A stretch of DNA of 38,849 nucleotides from an uncultured Ignavibacteriales bacterium (GTDB lineage: Bacteria > Zixibacteria > MSB-5A5 > GN15 > JAAZOE01). The notes beneath the pieces are model-generated. The model did no database searches. It saw nothing but the letters and a program-made list of their open reading frames with translations, and was not told where the DNA came from. Position 1 is the first letter of the stretch. Every line of letters begins with the position of its first letter. The stretch lies in the NCBI GenBank assembly GCA_964611355.1, contig CAZSYD010000019.1, forward strand, positions 1 through 38,849. Direction: 5' to 3'. The position numbers and the translations under genes are program-made. Shown one piece after another: positions 27,767 to 36,524 of this stretch.

Positions 27767-29323
27767 TTATGGTACATTTATCGAAACAACGTTCGAACCG
27801 GTTTTCATCCCCTGCCGGTCAAAAACATAAACCTGGTAGTAATACTGACCAGCCGCCGGCAATTTATCTGTAAATGTCGTTGTGCCGTGATCATTAATCA
27901 GCCGGATAACCTTGGCGGCATCGTAGTCAACCGGCAGGGCGGAATTGTCCCGCAGAACGTGGTACGATTCGAAATCGGCATCGGTTGCTTGCAACCAGGT
28001 TAACTCGGCCGTCAGAGTATCCCCTGTCAGCCTGACGGCAATGGTTATCGAATCGGGGGCTTCGTTGGGCTGAGTCGAAATCTCCAGGCTGTCCGAACCG
28101 GCAAAGTTACCGCGATGATCGTATACGTATAACCGGTAGTAATAAGCTGTGGATGCTTGAAGTCCGGTATCCGAATAACTGAGGGTCGATTGAGCGGTAA
28201 TGGTGGTCACCAGATCGGACGATTGATTTACGCTATCGCCCCCTGAGCGGAAAAGCCGATAACCGGCAAAATCCGTAATTTGAGATCTGGTCCATTCCAG
28301 CAGTATTTCCATCGACGATATGGAAAAACCGGTAAGAGTTACGGGATCGGGAATACCGGTAACGTTTAACAGCGTAGATGCCTTGATAACGGCGGCGTTA
28401 TTTCCCGCAGCGTCGATAAACGATCCCGTTACCTCCGCGTCCTCAAGCTCGGTCTTGATCGGGATAACATAATCAACTTCATAGATACCGTCGGCGGCGG
28501 TGGCGTCACCAGCGACGCCCAGATCATTCAATTCAATAACTCCCAGGCCGGCTACTTCCACCGACGCTTCCCCGCCGGGTTCGGAGGTATAGACGGCAAA
28601 ATGCACCACGCTGTCGGCGCTCAGGGTAACTCCGTTGGAACTTTCCGTAACCGAATCAATTATGGCGATGCGGTCAAGGATTATGCTGTCGGAGACAAAA
28701 CCGACCGATGAACCGCCGCCTATCAACTCAAAGCAGGCATAAATCTTCTTAATGCCGTCACCGTCGGAAAGCTCAAAGCCCAGCGTATTGGCGAACTCAT
28801 GGATATGAACGTCGGTGATAAAATTCGAATCTTCCGACATTTCCACCAGGTCCGTTCCCGCCGGAGCAATAAAGCTGATAGCTACCGATCGGGTACTGGT
28901 ATACACGCTGTAGTTCTCGATGGCCATGGAAAAGAGACCCGGGACAAGCAACAGAACGTCCGACATTTCCCCCTCAAGGCCGGAATTGTCAACCGCAGTT
29001 ACCCGGAAATAATACCGTTTTCCATTGATAAGATTATTAACGGCATAATTCTCGGCATCAGTCGAATCAAGCAGGCGCATCCCCTCCACCGAGGCCGAAT
29101 CGGAAGAATAGACAACATAATGATCGACTGCCGCGGTATTATTGACCGCCCAGTTGATTACGGCCGTGCCGTCTCCGATTGAAGCGGTCAGATCGCGCGG
29201 TGTTTCCGGTTGCGCGGGAGGCGTGGGAATACCGCTGGGAGGTTCAATATCGTTGCTGCAACCGGCAAGGACAACAACTGCGGCAAACAAAAAAACAAGA
29301 ATTTTATTAGCGGTAATCATCAT
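27767..29323 (-). CDS. Fibronectin type III repeat lipoprotein
   Basis: Lipobox VLAGC; FN3 signatures (W...Y...L..G..YYFRVTAVD, YYYRLYVYD, YYYQVYVFD); an LNDLGVAGDATAADGIY motif resembling choice-of-anchor X. TGATG overlap with the upstream gene. Confidence 0.85.
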   Translation of the reverse strand: MMITANKILVFLFAAVVVLAGCSNDIEPPSGIPTPPAQPETPRDLTASIGDGTAVINWAVNNTAAVDHYVVYSSDSASVEGMRLLDSTDAENYAVNNLINGKRYYFRVTAVDNSGLEGEMSDVLLLVPGLFSMAIENYSVYTSTRSVAISFIAPAGTDLVEMSEDSNFITDVHIHEFANTLGFELSDGDGIKKIYACFELIGGGSSVGFVSDSIILDRIAIIDSVTESSNGVTLSADSVVHFAVYTSEPGGEASVEVAGLGVIELNDLGVAGDATAADGIYEVDYVIPIKTELEDAEVTGSFIDAAGNNAAVIKASTLLNVTGIPDPVTLTGFSISSMEILLEWTRSQITDFAGYRLFRSGGDSVNQSSDLVTTITAQSTLSYSDTGLQASTAYYYRLYVYDHRGNFAGSDSLEISTQPNEAPDSITIAVRLTGDTLTAELTWLQATDADFESYHVLRDNSALPVDYDAAKVIRLINDHGTTTFTDKLPAAGQYYYQVYVFDRQGMKTGSNVVSINVP

Positions 29324-30057
29324 CAAAACCTCAGCGAAAGAGAAAGCCCGACTTCTTCGCCCTCTATTTTCGGCTTCACCGTTAACGCTTTATATTCGGT
29401 AAAGGTATCGTATTCGGGAAACATTAAAAACGAATCGAGCAGACTAAAAATATAGAAGCCTACAGTCACACCAACCATGATATTAACCCGGTCTTCAGCG
29501 TCGTTGGCCTCCTTCCAGGCATCATACAGTTCGGCATCAAGCCGGGAAATGTCACTCCACTTGGTGACCGCGTCGCGCGCGGCTTTTCTCTCATTGTATG
29601 TATCAACCCTGGAGTTGTAATCATTTTTAACGAATAAATAAGCTATGGCCGATGCGGCCGTTCCCAACGTAAAAAAGGTCGACTTGGTACCGTTGCCGTA
29701 GTACTTTTGTCCCCAACCGGGGATAATCAATGACCTGAAAAATGCCTTTGTTTTCGTCTTTGGCGCCAGCTTGATATCTATCCGGGACTCCTGCGTTTCC
29801 GAAAAATAGGCAGTCGAGCGGTATTGTTCAAAGCCGTCCCTGATAACCTCTATCTTATATTGTCCTGAAAGGGAACGATTGAATTTCAGAGGCGTCACAC
29901 CGGATAAGGACAATTCCCCACTAAGCTTAACCAAGGAGCCCTGAGGATCGGTATTTATTATCACGTTCCCCTGGCTCTGCGCCGAGGCGCAGCTAAAGCA
30001 CAAACATAAATATAAAAGCAAAAAGACCGAAAAAATTCTTCGTTCAGGCGGCATCAT
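29323..30057 (-). CDS. Exported PEGA-domain / DUF5683-like protein
   Basis: Signal peptide; INTDPQGS...GVTPL...GQYKIEV..DGFE (PEGA); RSLIIPGWGQ.YYG (DUF5683-like); C-terminal GLSLSLRF. Confidence 0.8.
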   Translation of the reverse strand: MMPPERRIFSVFLLLYLCLCFSCASAQSQGNVIINTDPQGSLVKLSGELSLSGVTPLKFNRSLSGQYKIEVIRDGFEQYRSTAYFSETQESRIDIKLAPKTKTKAFFRSLIIPGWGQKYYGNGTKSTFFTLGTAASAIAYLFVKNDYNSRVDTYNERKAARDAVTKWSDISRLDAELYDAWKEANDAEDRVNIMVGVTVGFYIFSLLDSFLMFPEYDTFTEYKALTVKPKIEGEEVGLSLSLRF

Positions 30058-30088
30058 GGCAAATTCCCTTTTACCCTAATATTCGGGA

Positions 30089-30117
30089 AATATATCTATT
30101 CCTTGACGAAGTGGCAA
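30089..30117 (-). promoter_or_regulatory. sigma70 promoter for the PEGA-FN3-membrane-prsK-prsR unit
   Basis: TTGCCA-N17-TATATT. Confidence 0.6.
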
Positions 30118-30139
30118 TAAAAACCAACCCACCGCACAT

Positions 30140-30171
30140 AAAAAAAACCGCACCGGGTTGGTGCGGTTTTT
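30140..30171 (-). terminator. Intrinsic terminator after the sugar transferase
   Basis: AAAAACCGCACC-AACCC-GGTGCGGTTTTTTTT on the minus strand. Confidence 0.85.
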
Positions 30172-30186
30172 AATATTTTAAAATCG

Positions 30187-31098
30187 TCAAAAAGCCCCTT
30201 TACCGGTTACCACCACAATCACAGTTTTCAGCATAATCCTTAAGTCCTGCCACGCGTTCCAGTTCTGAATATACTGCAAATCATAATGGACCTTGCGGAC
30301 AACCGAGGTAACCGATGAATCATATCCATTCTCTACCTGGGCCAGTCCGGTTATGCCGGGCTTCACTTCCAGGCGTCGGTCGTAATTCTCAACCCGAGAG
30401 GAAAGTTCCTCGACAAATACCGAACGTTCCGGTCGGGGACCAACCACCGACATATCCCCCTTCAAAACATTAATGAATTGCGGAATTTCATCGAGCCGTG
30501 TTTTTCTTAGGAGATTGCCCAGACGGGTGATGCGAGGATCATTCTCCGTCGCCCAGACCGGCCCGCATTTCTTTTCGGCATCGGCGATCATCGTACGGAA
30601 TTTTAACACCATAATCGGACGGCCTTTGTAGTCATTTCGCCTACGATCACGCGATGTACGACCGAGAACGGAACCGGTCACCTTACGGCGCGGGCCGCGC
30701 CGACGATTATGACCGACGCGGGTTTGGCTGTAAAAAACCGGCCCGGGCGAATCAAGCTTGATCAGAATCGGCAAAACCACAAAGAATGGCAGAGTCAATA
30801 TCAGGCCGGCCACAGCACCGATAATATCTACCGCTCGCTTGGAAAAAACATTAAGACGAACGCTCAGGTATCGCTGATCGGGGGAAACTTGAAACACAAA
30901 GACAAGGCAAGTCAGCGCCAGCATAAGGTTAGCCAGAATATACTCCGAGAAGAAATACCCGATCTTGATATTTAATGAGTTCCTATCAGCTGAAATAACC
31001 GTGGTTCCAAGCTCGAAAGGCTTTAGAACCCCGGAGAACTGCCTGCGGTCAATGGCAAATCCCCGGCTACCCCAGGCATTAATTGAATTTGTTGGCAT
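30187..31098 (-). CDS. Priming polyprenyl glycosylphosphotransferase (bacterial sugar transferase)
   Basis: KRAVDI, IKLDSPGPVFYSQTRVG, KFRTM, DPRITRLG..LRKTRLDEIPQF.NVLKGDMS.VGPRPE and KPGITGLAQV. Confidence 0.95.
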   Translation of the reverse strand: MPTNSINAWGSRGFAIDRRQFSGVLKPFELGTTVISADRNSLNIKIGYFFSEYILANLMLALTCLVFVFQVSPDQRYLSVRLNVFSKRAVDIIGAVAGLILTLPFFVVLPILIKLDSPGPVFYSQTRVGHNRRRGPRRKVTGSVLGRTSRDRRRNDYKGRPIMVLKFRTMIADAEKKCGPVWATENDPRITRLGNLLRKTRLDEIPQFINVLKGDMSVVGPRPERSVFVEELSSRVENYDRRLEVKPGITGLAQVENGYDSSVTSVVRKVHYDLQYIQNWNAWQDLRIMLKTVIVVVTGKGAF

Positions 31099-31165
31099 AA
31101 ACCCCTCGGATATCTTGCATTAATTGATCATCCTTAACCTTTTCAATGATATCAGATTGAAATTC

Positions 31166-31182
31166 AGCAAAATGACTGCCAA
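31166..31182 (-). promoter_or_regulatory. sigma54 promoter for the sugar transferase
   Basis: TTGGCAGTCATTTTGCT; canonical GG-N10-GC. Confidence 0.8.
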
Positions 31183-31253
31183 TATTGGTCTTAAATGAAT
31201 GTTGGATAACACAGATTCCACAGGCCAACTCTGTCTTGGTCTATGTTATGTAA

Positions 31254-31266
31254 TACCAACAAGTTA
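31254..31266 (+). promoter_or_regulatory. IHF-site candidate
   Basis: TACCAACAAGTTA has one mismatch to WATCAANNNNTTR and lies between the sigma54 site and the candidate enhancer. Confidence 0.45.
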
Positions 31267-31360
31267 GAAAATAATTGCCTGATTATTCAAATCTGTTATT
31301 TCTATTATTCAGTTGGGCGATATTATCTTGCGGGTTCCTCGTGAAGTAACCATCATATTA

Positions 31361-31409
31361 GGTGCAATTACGTGCATTTCAATCAATCGAAGTTGCATTT
31401 GATTGCACC
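31361..31409. promoter_or_regulatory. Paired TGCA-N6-TGCA sites (candidate bEBP enhancer)
   Basis: GGTGCAATTACGTGCA (31361-31376) and TGCATTTGATTGCACC (31394-31409); inverted relative to each other, cores 31 bp apart. Confidence 0.55.
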
Positions 31410-31478
31410 GAAATCAGGACTTGTTTCGCCTAAGTATTTGTAAATAATCAAGCTATCAATAGGCCAGGCAATGAAAAT

Positions 31479-32402
31479 CTACCACGCAAAACCTATCGAG
31501 AAATTATGAATTGTTTCCGTTACATCGCCGGAAGGGATAAAAGTATAATCAAATCGACCAACGCCGTACACAATCCCAGCGCCAAGGTTATAGCTCAAAG
31601 ACTCTACTCCGGGCAGATTATCGGTCTGATACGAAAAACCGGATCGCGCAAACAACTGATCCCCAAAATTCAATTCCAACCCCTGGTGAAACGACATGTT
31701 CCCTTTCCGCGGAGAATGAACTTCGGCCGACAAGAGCGCCAGATCATTGAATTGCCGCAGCGATACTCCAAACCGCAAAACCGAAGGCAATTCTTCGTCA
31801 CGCGAAATATACCTCATCTTTGACCCGATATTGGTTGCCGCTAAGCCGAGACGGAGGCCGCTGAAATCGGCGAGTATGCCGATATCACCGGCGAAAGCCG
31901 AGCCCTTGACAACGTCAAATGATTGTTCGATATATTTGCCGGTTGCTCCCATTGATATAATCTCGCCAATACGCATCGATATGGAAATCGAAGCCGCCAG
32001 GCTATAAATCGAAAGTTCCTCTCCGGGATAACCCAATTCATCGTATGACTGGAATTCGCCGTAGTCCAGATAGGTAATTCCCGCCCCGAAGGATACCGGT
32101 TTGGCGGGAAAAACAATATACAGGTTTTCAATTTTCATATCCTGATACCAGTCACAATGGGAAAACTGCAACTGGCGGTTTTCCTGTTTTCCGATTCCGG
32201 CCGGATTCCAGTATACAGCCGATGGATCGTCGGCGATTGAAGTAAAAGCCCCGCACAATCCGGAAGCCCTGGCGCCGACGCCAACCTTGAGAAAACCGGC
32301 GGTCGTCGTGCCATATTCAGCCGCAATCGTTGCGTCACCAAAAATAAATGCTACAAACGCGGCTAACGCCCAAATAGCTATTATCAACTTTACGGTTCTC
32401 AT
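31479..32402 (-). CDS. PorV/PorQ (UPF0164)-family outer-membrane barrel
   Basis: Signal peptide; FLKVGVGARASGLCGAFTSIADDPSAVYWNPAG; C-terminal HNFSIGFAW. Confidence 0.88.
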   Translation of the reverse strand: MRTVKLIIAIWALAAFVAFIFGDATIAAEYGTTTAGFLKVGVGARASGLCGAFTSIADDPSAVYWNPAGIGKQENRQLQFSHCDWYQDMKIENLYIVFPAKPVSFGAGITYLDYGEFQSYDELGYPGEELSIYSLAASISISMRIGEIISMGATGKYIEQSFDVVKGSAFAGDIGILADFSGLRLGLAATNIGSKMRYISRDEELPSVLRFGVSLRQFNDLALLSAEVHSPRKGNMSFHQGLELNFGDQLFARSGFSYQTDNLPGVESLSYNLGAGIVYGVGRFDYTFIPSGDVTETIHNFSIGFAW

Positions 32403-32440
32403 ATGGCATCGAGTTTCTTCATAGGTTCGCAGGTATTAAT

Positions 32441-32456
32441 TGCAATGAATATGCCG
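32441..32456 (-). promoter_or_regulatory. sigma54 promoter for the PorV-like gene
   Basis: CGGCATATTCATTGCA; GG-N10-GC, about 40 bp upstream of the ATG. Confidence 0.7.
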
Positions 32457-33170
32457 CGGACAAGCCAAACCTCCAACCGTTTACGTTTCAATAGACCGAT
32501 ATCTTGCGGCTACAATAAGCCATTAAACGCCAAGTTGTTACAAGAGCACGGACACTCCACTCATTTCCACTAATATCAATCCTCCAAATGCAGGCAGCCT
32601 GGCCTGCGGGAAACACCTGCTCGAATAGTGATCGCATTTGTCCAAAAACCGCCGGCAAATCCCATAAGATTATATATTTCATACGTTTATCAGGTTCTGT
32701 TCATTTCGCGGGCATTTTGCCCGTTTGATCGGTAAATGACGAAATCCCTGCTGATCGGGCGCTTGAATATATATACTCTAATCAGTAACCGCATCCTACA
32801 AAACACTACCGGTTTTTATAACTACTTGTCAATTAAAAAATTATGGAGTTTTCAAAAAATATCGGAGGTTGTTATTTGAGAATCATATACTTGAAAAACC
32901 ATAATTTTTCGTGCATGTATAGTTTGATTTGAATTGGCCTATCTTATTACCCAATAAAGGATTAAGAGGATTTATCGCTGATTTGGGAAATCCTGATGCT
33001 TTCGCCATTATTGAAAGAAAAATAAATGCCGTCTCGCAATTAGCGAGCAGAAGTTTCTACATGCTCGCCTTACAAAGATCGCAGGAATTCGAACATCCAA
33101 ACGACAACCGAGACCCCGCCGACGGGTAAAATATAAGTTTAGATTTAATATTATGCGACGACGGCCTTGT

Positions 33171-33566
33171 TCACATCCGTAATTTGTCGGCCAGATCGCC
33201 TATGATCGGCAAGCGGTGCGTCTTTCCCTGAATCGCGAATATAATACCGGCTATTGCGGCGCCGATACAACCTATAATCATGGCCGTCCAGAAAAGTTGG
33301 CTCAGGTGTGGAAAAGAAAAGATAAAGGCAATGATTTCAAAGAAAAGGAGAACCAGTCCCTGACGGGCATGGAAATAGGCGTACTTATCGTCGCGCATTT
33401 TTATGAGGGGAACAAAGCACAGAAAGGGAATATAGGCCATTACCGCCGCCATCCGGCGTTCCTCCGACGGACGGGTCGTCTCTTCGGTGTCTTCAAGATT
33501 GGGAATATCGCTTCGTCCGGCAAATTCTTCTTCAGAATGACCATGATCAAAAAACGAATCGGCCAT
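33171..33566 (-). CDS. Small membrane protein, DUF4870-like
   Basis: MAAVMAYIPFLCFVPL...YFHARQGLVL...AIQGK..RLPIIG; GGAGG SD. Confidence 0.85.
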   Translation of the reverse strand: MADSFFDHGHSEEEFAGRSDIPNLEDTEETTRPSEERRMAAVMAYIPFLCFVPLIKMRDDKYAYFHARQGLVLLFFEIIAFIFSFPHLSQLFWTAMIIGCIGAAIAGIIFAIQGKTHRLPIIGDLADKLRM

Positions 33567-33578
33567 ATATCCTCCCGG

Positions 33579-35717
33579 TCACAAATTCCAGATTATCTCT
33601 TCTCCCGGCCCGAAAAAACGGAACCGGATCGGATCCACCTCAGGCCATTCCTCCAAGCTCTTCCGGCCGTCGGCGATGCCGACGCAAAAATATATCTCGC
33701 CCCGGCCATCGGGGAAAAACAAACTCTTTTTTAAACCGATTTCCACGATATCGCCAGCTTCATACAAAACCTCTTCCTCTTTTCCGGCCCACTCAGGCAT
33801 CAATTCAATGCCCTCGCCGGAAAAAACAAACACCCCCTGTCCGGGACGCAATATTTTAACTTCCAGACGCTTTGATTTATTGTCAACTAAAAATCTTTTC
33901 TCTACGAAATCAACCCGCATATACACATATTCATTGTCAGCGACGTAACTGATCCGGGTAATGATCCGGTCGGTACGGTGCATAGCACCGCCGGCTTTAA
34001 GGCAATCATACTTCCCCGCCCCAAGCCATTCGTAATAATGGGTTAATTTGCCGTCGATGGTCGGGGTTACCATACCTTCCGGCTCGGTGATATAAGTCTC
34101 CGGCAGTTTGGCCGAGATTGGCGAAAGGAGACTTTTTGGTATATCAAGACCCAGGGCCGTGTAGACGGCGCTCAGGTGAGCCCGGTAGATGCGGTCAAAT
34201 ATCTCATTCTGGGGACCGCGGTGTTCATCGCCGTACCACCAATTCCAATCGGAGCCTTCGGCAATCAAAATCGATTTTTCCGCCTCCGCGATTTTTACGG
34301 GATCATAATCAGGGTGTTCTCCCTTGAATTTCGTCAGGGTGCGGCGAGCATCCCAGAGCAAATCCCAGGCGGTGTTATCCTCCGGGTGACCGATCCAGAT
34401 CCGGAAATTATGATTGATCCAGGAACCGGCCAGGATACTTTTCAGAGGCATGGGTTTAACCGTTCGAGCCGCCTCGCTCATGGTTACCGTTTCGATTTTC
34501 GTATCGGCGGCAAGTCTTTCAAAAAACAAGTTAAGAAATCTGTCGCCGTCGTTGCGATAGTATTCCCAGCAGTTTTCGCCGTCGAGGATAATCGGCACTA
34601 CGGCGTTTGATTTCCCGTCCGCCAACATGTCGGCAAGCTTGTGCAGGTTGGCCATAAAATCGTCCACCGCCTTTTCCTCGTCCCACCCGGAATAGACAAA
34701 TCCGATCTTGTCCGAAAGAGCGTGATCCCGGAAGAAAATATTCACAGGACCTTCCCGTGTTACGATTTGATACATGGCATGCGGGGAAACCCGGTCGAGT
34801 GGCTGCCCGGATTTGACCATCGATGCGAACAAAACCTGCTCGTCGGAAGCTATCCATTTGATCCCATATTTGGCCAGTATACCAACCGCCTTTTCTGAAA
34901 TAGAACCCTCGGACGGCCACATTCCTCCAAGGTCGCGGCCAAACTTTTCACGATACATCTCCACGGCCAGAGAAATCTGGGCTTCCGCATCCTCCGGATA
35001 ACAGAAGCGGTTTTTGGGAAGGGTAATCCCAGGCAAAGCTTCGCGGGCGGATTCGGTATCACACAAAAGCGGCAGAATGGGATGAAAATAGGGCGTAAAT
35101 GAAACCTCTATTTTGCCTTCCTCCATCAGCGAACGATAGGCCGGAACCGTTTCGGCCATGATATCGTATTGCGCCTTGATCATCTCGGCCTTATCTTCCT
35201 CGCTGAATTTGCCTCCCTTGCCAAACAGTCTCTTAAACGGTTCGCGGCTGCGAAAGATCGGATCTATCCAGACCAGGTTGCTCCAGACCATCAAATCCCT
35301 GATTTCCCGGGTAGTTGCCGTTCGAGCGGCCAGTTCCGTATCCATGCCGCAGTCGGCCAGTTTCTTGTAAAGCCTTCGATAAACCGGGTACGGTTCGATC
35401 ATCGTCTTGGGATTGGCCATGAAAAAGGTCTTGAATACTTCCGCTTTTTCGGAGCGATTAAGCTCGCTGACCGGCTTTTTGGTCAATTCCAACTGTCGAT
35501 CAGAGGTCTTGTGTTCTACATAGAGGTCAATCTGCTCGATCAGGGAAGGAACCAGATTGAACGTCATTTTCAAGCGGTCAAATCGTCCCATCCGGACCGG
35601 TAAATCGTAATAATCTTTGAGACAATGCAATCGCACCCAGGGCAGAAGCATCATTCCAGTGGCGGGGTCACGGTAATACGGCTGGTGCATATGCCAGAGA
35701 AAAGCTACCTTGAGCAT
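33579..35717 (-). CDS. Glycoside hydrolase family 57 (amylopullulanase-like)
   Basis: LWHMHQPYY, PYFHPILPLL, WPSEG (nucleophile Glu), LDGENCWEYY (acid/base Asp) and AEGSDWNWW. Confidence 0.95.
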   Translation of the reverse strand: MLKVAFLWHMHQPYYRDPATGMMLLPWVRLHCLKDYYDLPVRMGRFDRLKMTFNLVPSLIEQIDLYVEHKTSDRQLELTKKPVSELNRSEKAEVFKTFFMANPKTMIEPYPVYRRLYKKLADCGMDTELAARTATTREIRDLMVWSNLVWIDPIFRSREPFKRLFGKGGKFSEEDKAEMIKAQYDIMAETVPAYRSLMEEGKIEVSFTPYFHPILPLLCDTESAREALPGITLPKNRFCYPEDAEAQISLAVEMYREKFGRDLGGMWPSEGSISEKAVGILAKYGIKWIASDEQVLFASMVKSGQPLDRVSPHAMYQIVTREGPVNIFFRDHALSDKIGFVYSGWDEEKAVDDFMANLHKLADMLADGKSNAVVPIILDGENCWEYYRNDGDRFLNLFFERLAADTKIETVTMSEAARTVKPMPLKSILAGSWINHNFRIWIGHPEDNTAWDLLWDARRTLTKFKGEHPDYDPVKIAEAEKSILIAEGSDWNWWYGDEHRGPQNEIFDRIYRAHLSAVYTALGLDIPKSLLSPISAKLPETYITEPEGMVTPTIDGKLTHYYEWLGAGKYDCLKAGGAMHRTDRIITRISYVADNEYVYMRVDFVEKRFLVDNKSKRLEVKILRPGQGVFVFSGEGIELMPEWAGKEEEVLYEAGDIVEIGLKKSLFFPDGRGEIYFCVGIADGRKSLEEWPEVDPIRFRFFGPGEEIIWNL

Positions 35718-35732
35718 TCCCCCCCCGTCCGA

Positions 35733-36410
35733 CTAAAGCCCAATATTATTTTCTCGAGCGAGGAGTTGTCCCTGAGCATAATAAGGAGTGTCCTCAAAAT
35801 CTTTGCTCAGCCTGGCATAGATAACCCGAGCCGATTCCAAATTACCACTCCTGATATAATAGGTCATCGCCTTGAGATAATAATCGCCTGTTAGTTTGAA
35901 ATCAGGGTATTTTTCAGCCGTCTCCCGGTACTTGTCGGCCGCTCCGGCCGGATCACCGTTCCCGGCTAGTGAAGCCGCTATCCCGGCCATTGACGATGTG
36001 ATAAAGAATTTGTCGTCTTTATATTTGTCAATGTACTTTTCGAAGGCATTTATGGCTTCCGTATAGTTTTTGGCCTCAAAATAAGAGTTGCCCAGATTAA
36101 ACAGCGCCTGCCGTGATACGGGCGTTGAACCGTATTGATCGATAATAGTCTTAAAATCAACAATGGCCAACTGATAATTCTTGCTAAGCAGTTCCGACAT
36201 GGCCCGGCTGCAAATATCCGCGGCTTCTTTTTCGCTCTTGATCCGCTCCGCCCGGATCAGCGTAACGCCGACGATAAGCGCAATTATCAGGGCGGCTCCA
36301 CCGACAAGATAAATCCACTGTTCAAAAATATAATCTTTGGTTCGGAGCATGAAGGTGGTAAATTTATCTTCCTTCATCTCCCTTTTAGTGATTTTGACAT
36401 TCCGAGCCAT
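35733..36410 (-). CDS. Membrane-anchored TPR protein (YfgM-like)
   Basis: Charged N-terminus, a single TM helix, then TPR repeats (ALFNLGNSYF, AINAFEKYI). Confidence 0.85.
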   Translation of the reverse strand: MARNVKITKREMKEDKFTTFMLRTKDYIFEQWIYLVGGAALIIALIVGVTLIRAERIKSEKEAADICSRAMSELLSKNYQLAIVDFKTIIDQYGSTPVSRQALFNLGNSYFEAKNYTEAINAFEKYIDKYKDDKFFITSSMAGIAASLAGNGDPAGAADKYRETAEKYPDFKLTGDYYLKAMTYYIRSGNLESARVIYARLSKDFEDTPYYAQGQLLARENNIGL

Positions 36411-36470
36411 TTGTCGCTTTCTCCTGCTTACTATTAGTCGTATCGGTAAATATCACCGCCGGCATAGATT

Positions 36471-36506
36471 AAAAAAGGCGGAATCAAACCGGTGGTTCCG
36501 CCTTTT
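36471..36506 (-). terminator. Intrinsic terminator after the FadL-like gene
   Basis: AAAAGGCGGAA-N12-TTCCGCCTTTTTT on the minus strand. Confidence 0.85.
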
Positions 36507-36524
36507 CCTGCTTATACCCCGGGA

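Noticed and set aside
32700..32740. GGGCAAA...GAAA as a c-di-GMP-I riboswitch
   Set aside because: GGGCA pairs locally with TGCCC, and the downstream GCAAA/P3 elements are missing.
35733..36410. TPR protein as PrsT
   Set aside because: It is only 225 aa with an uncleaved TM anchor and no lipobox, whereas PrsT is a long TPR lipoprotein.
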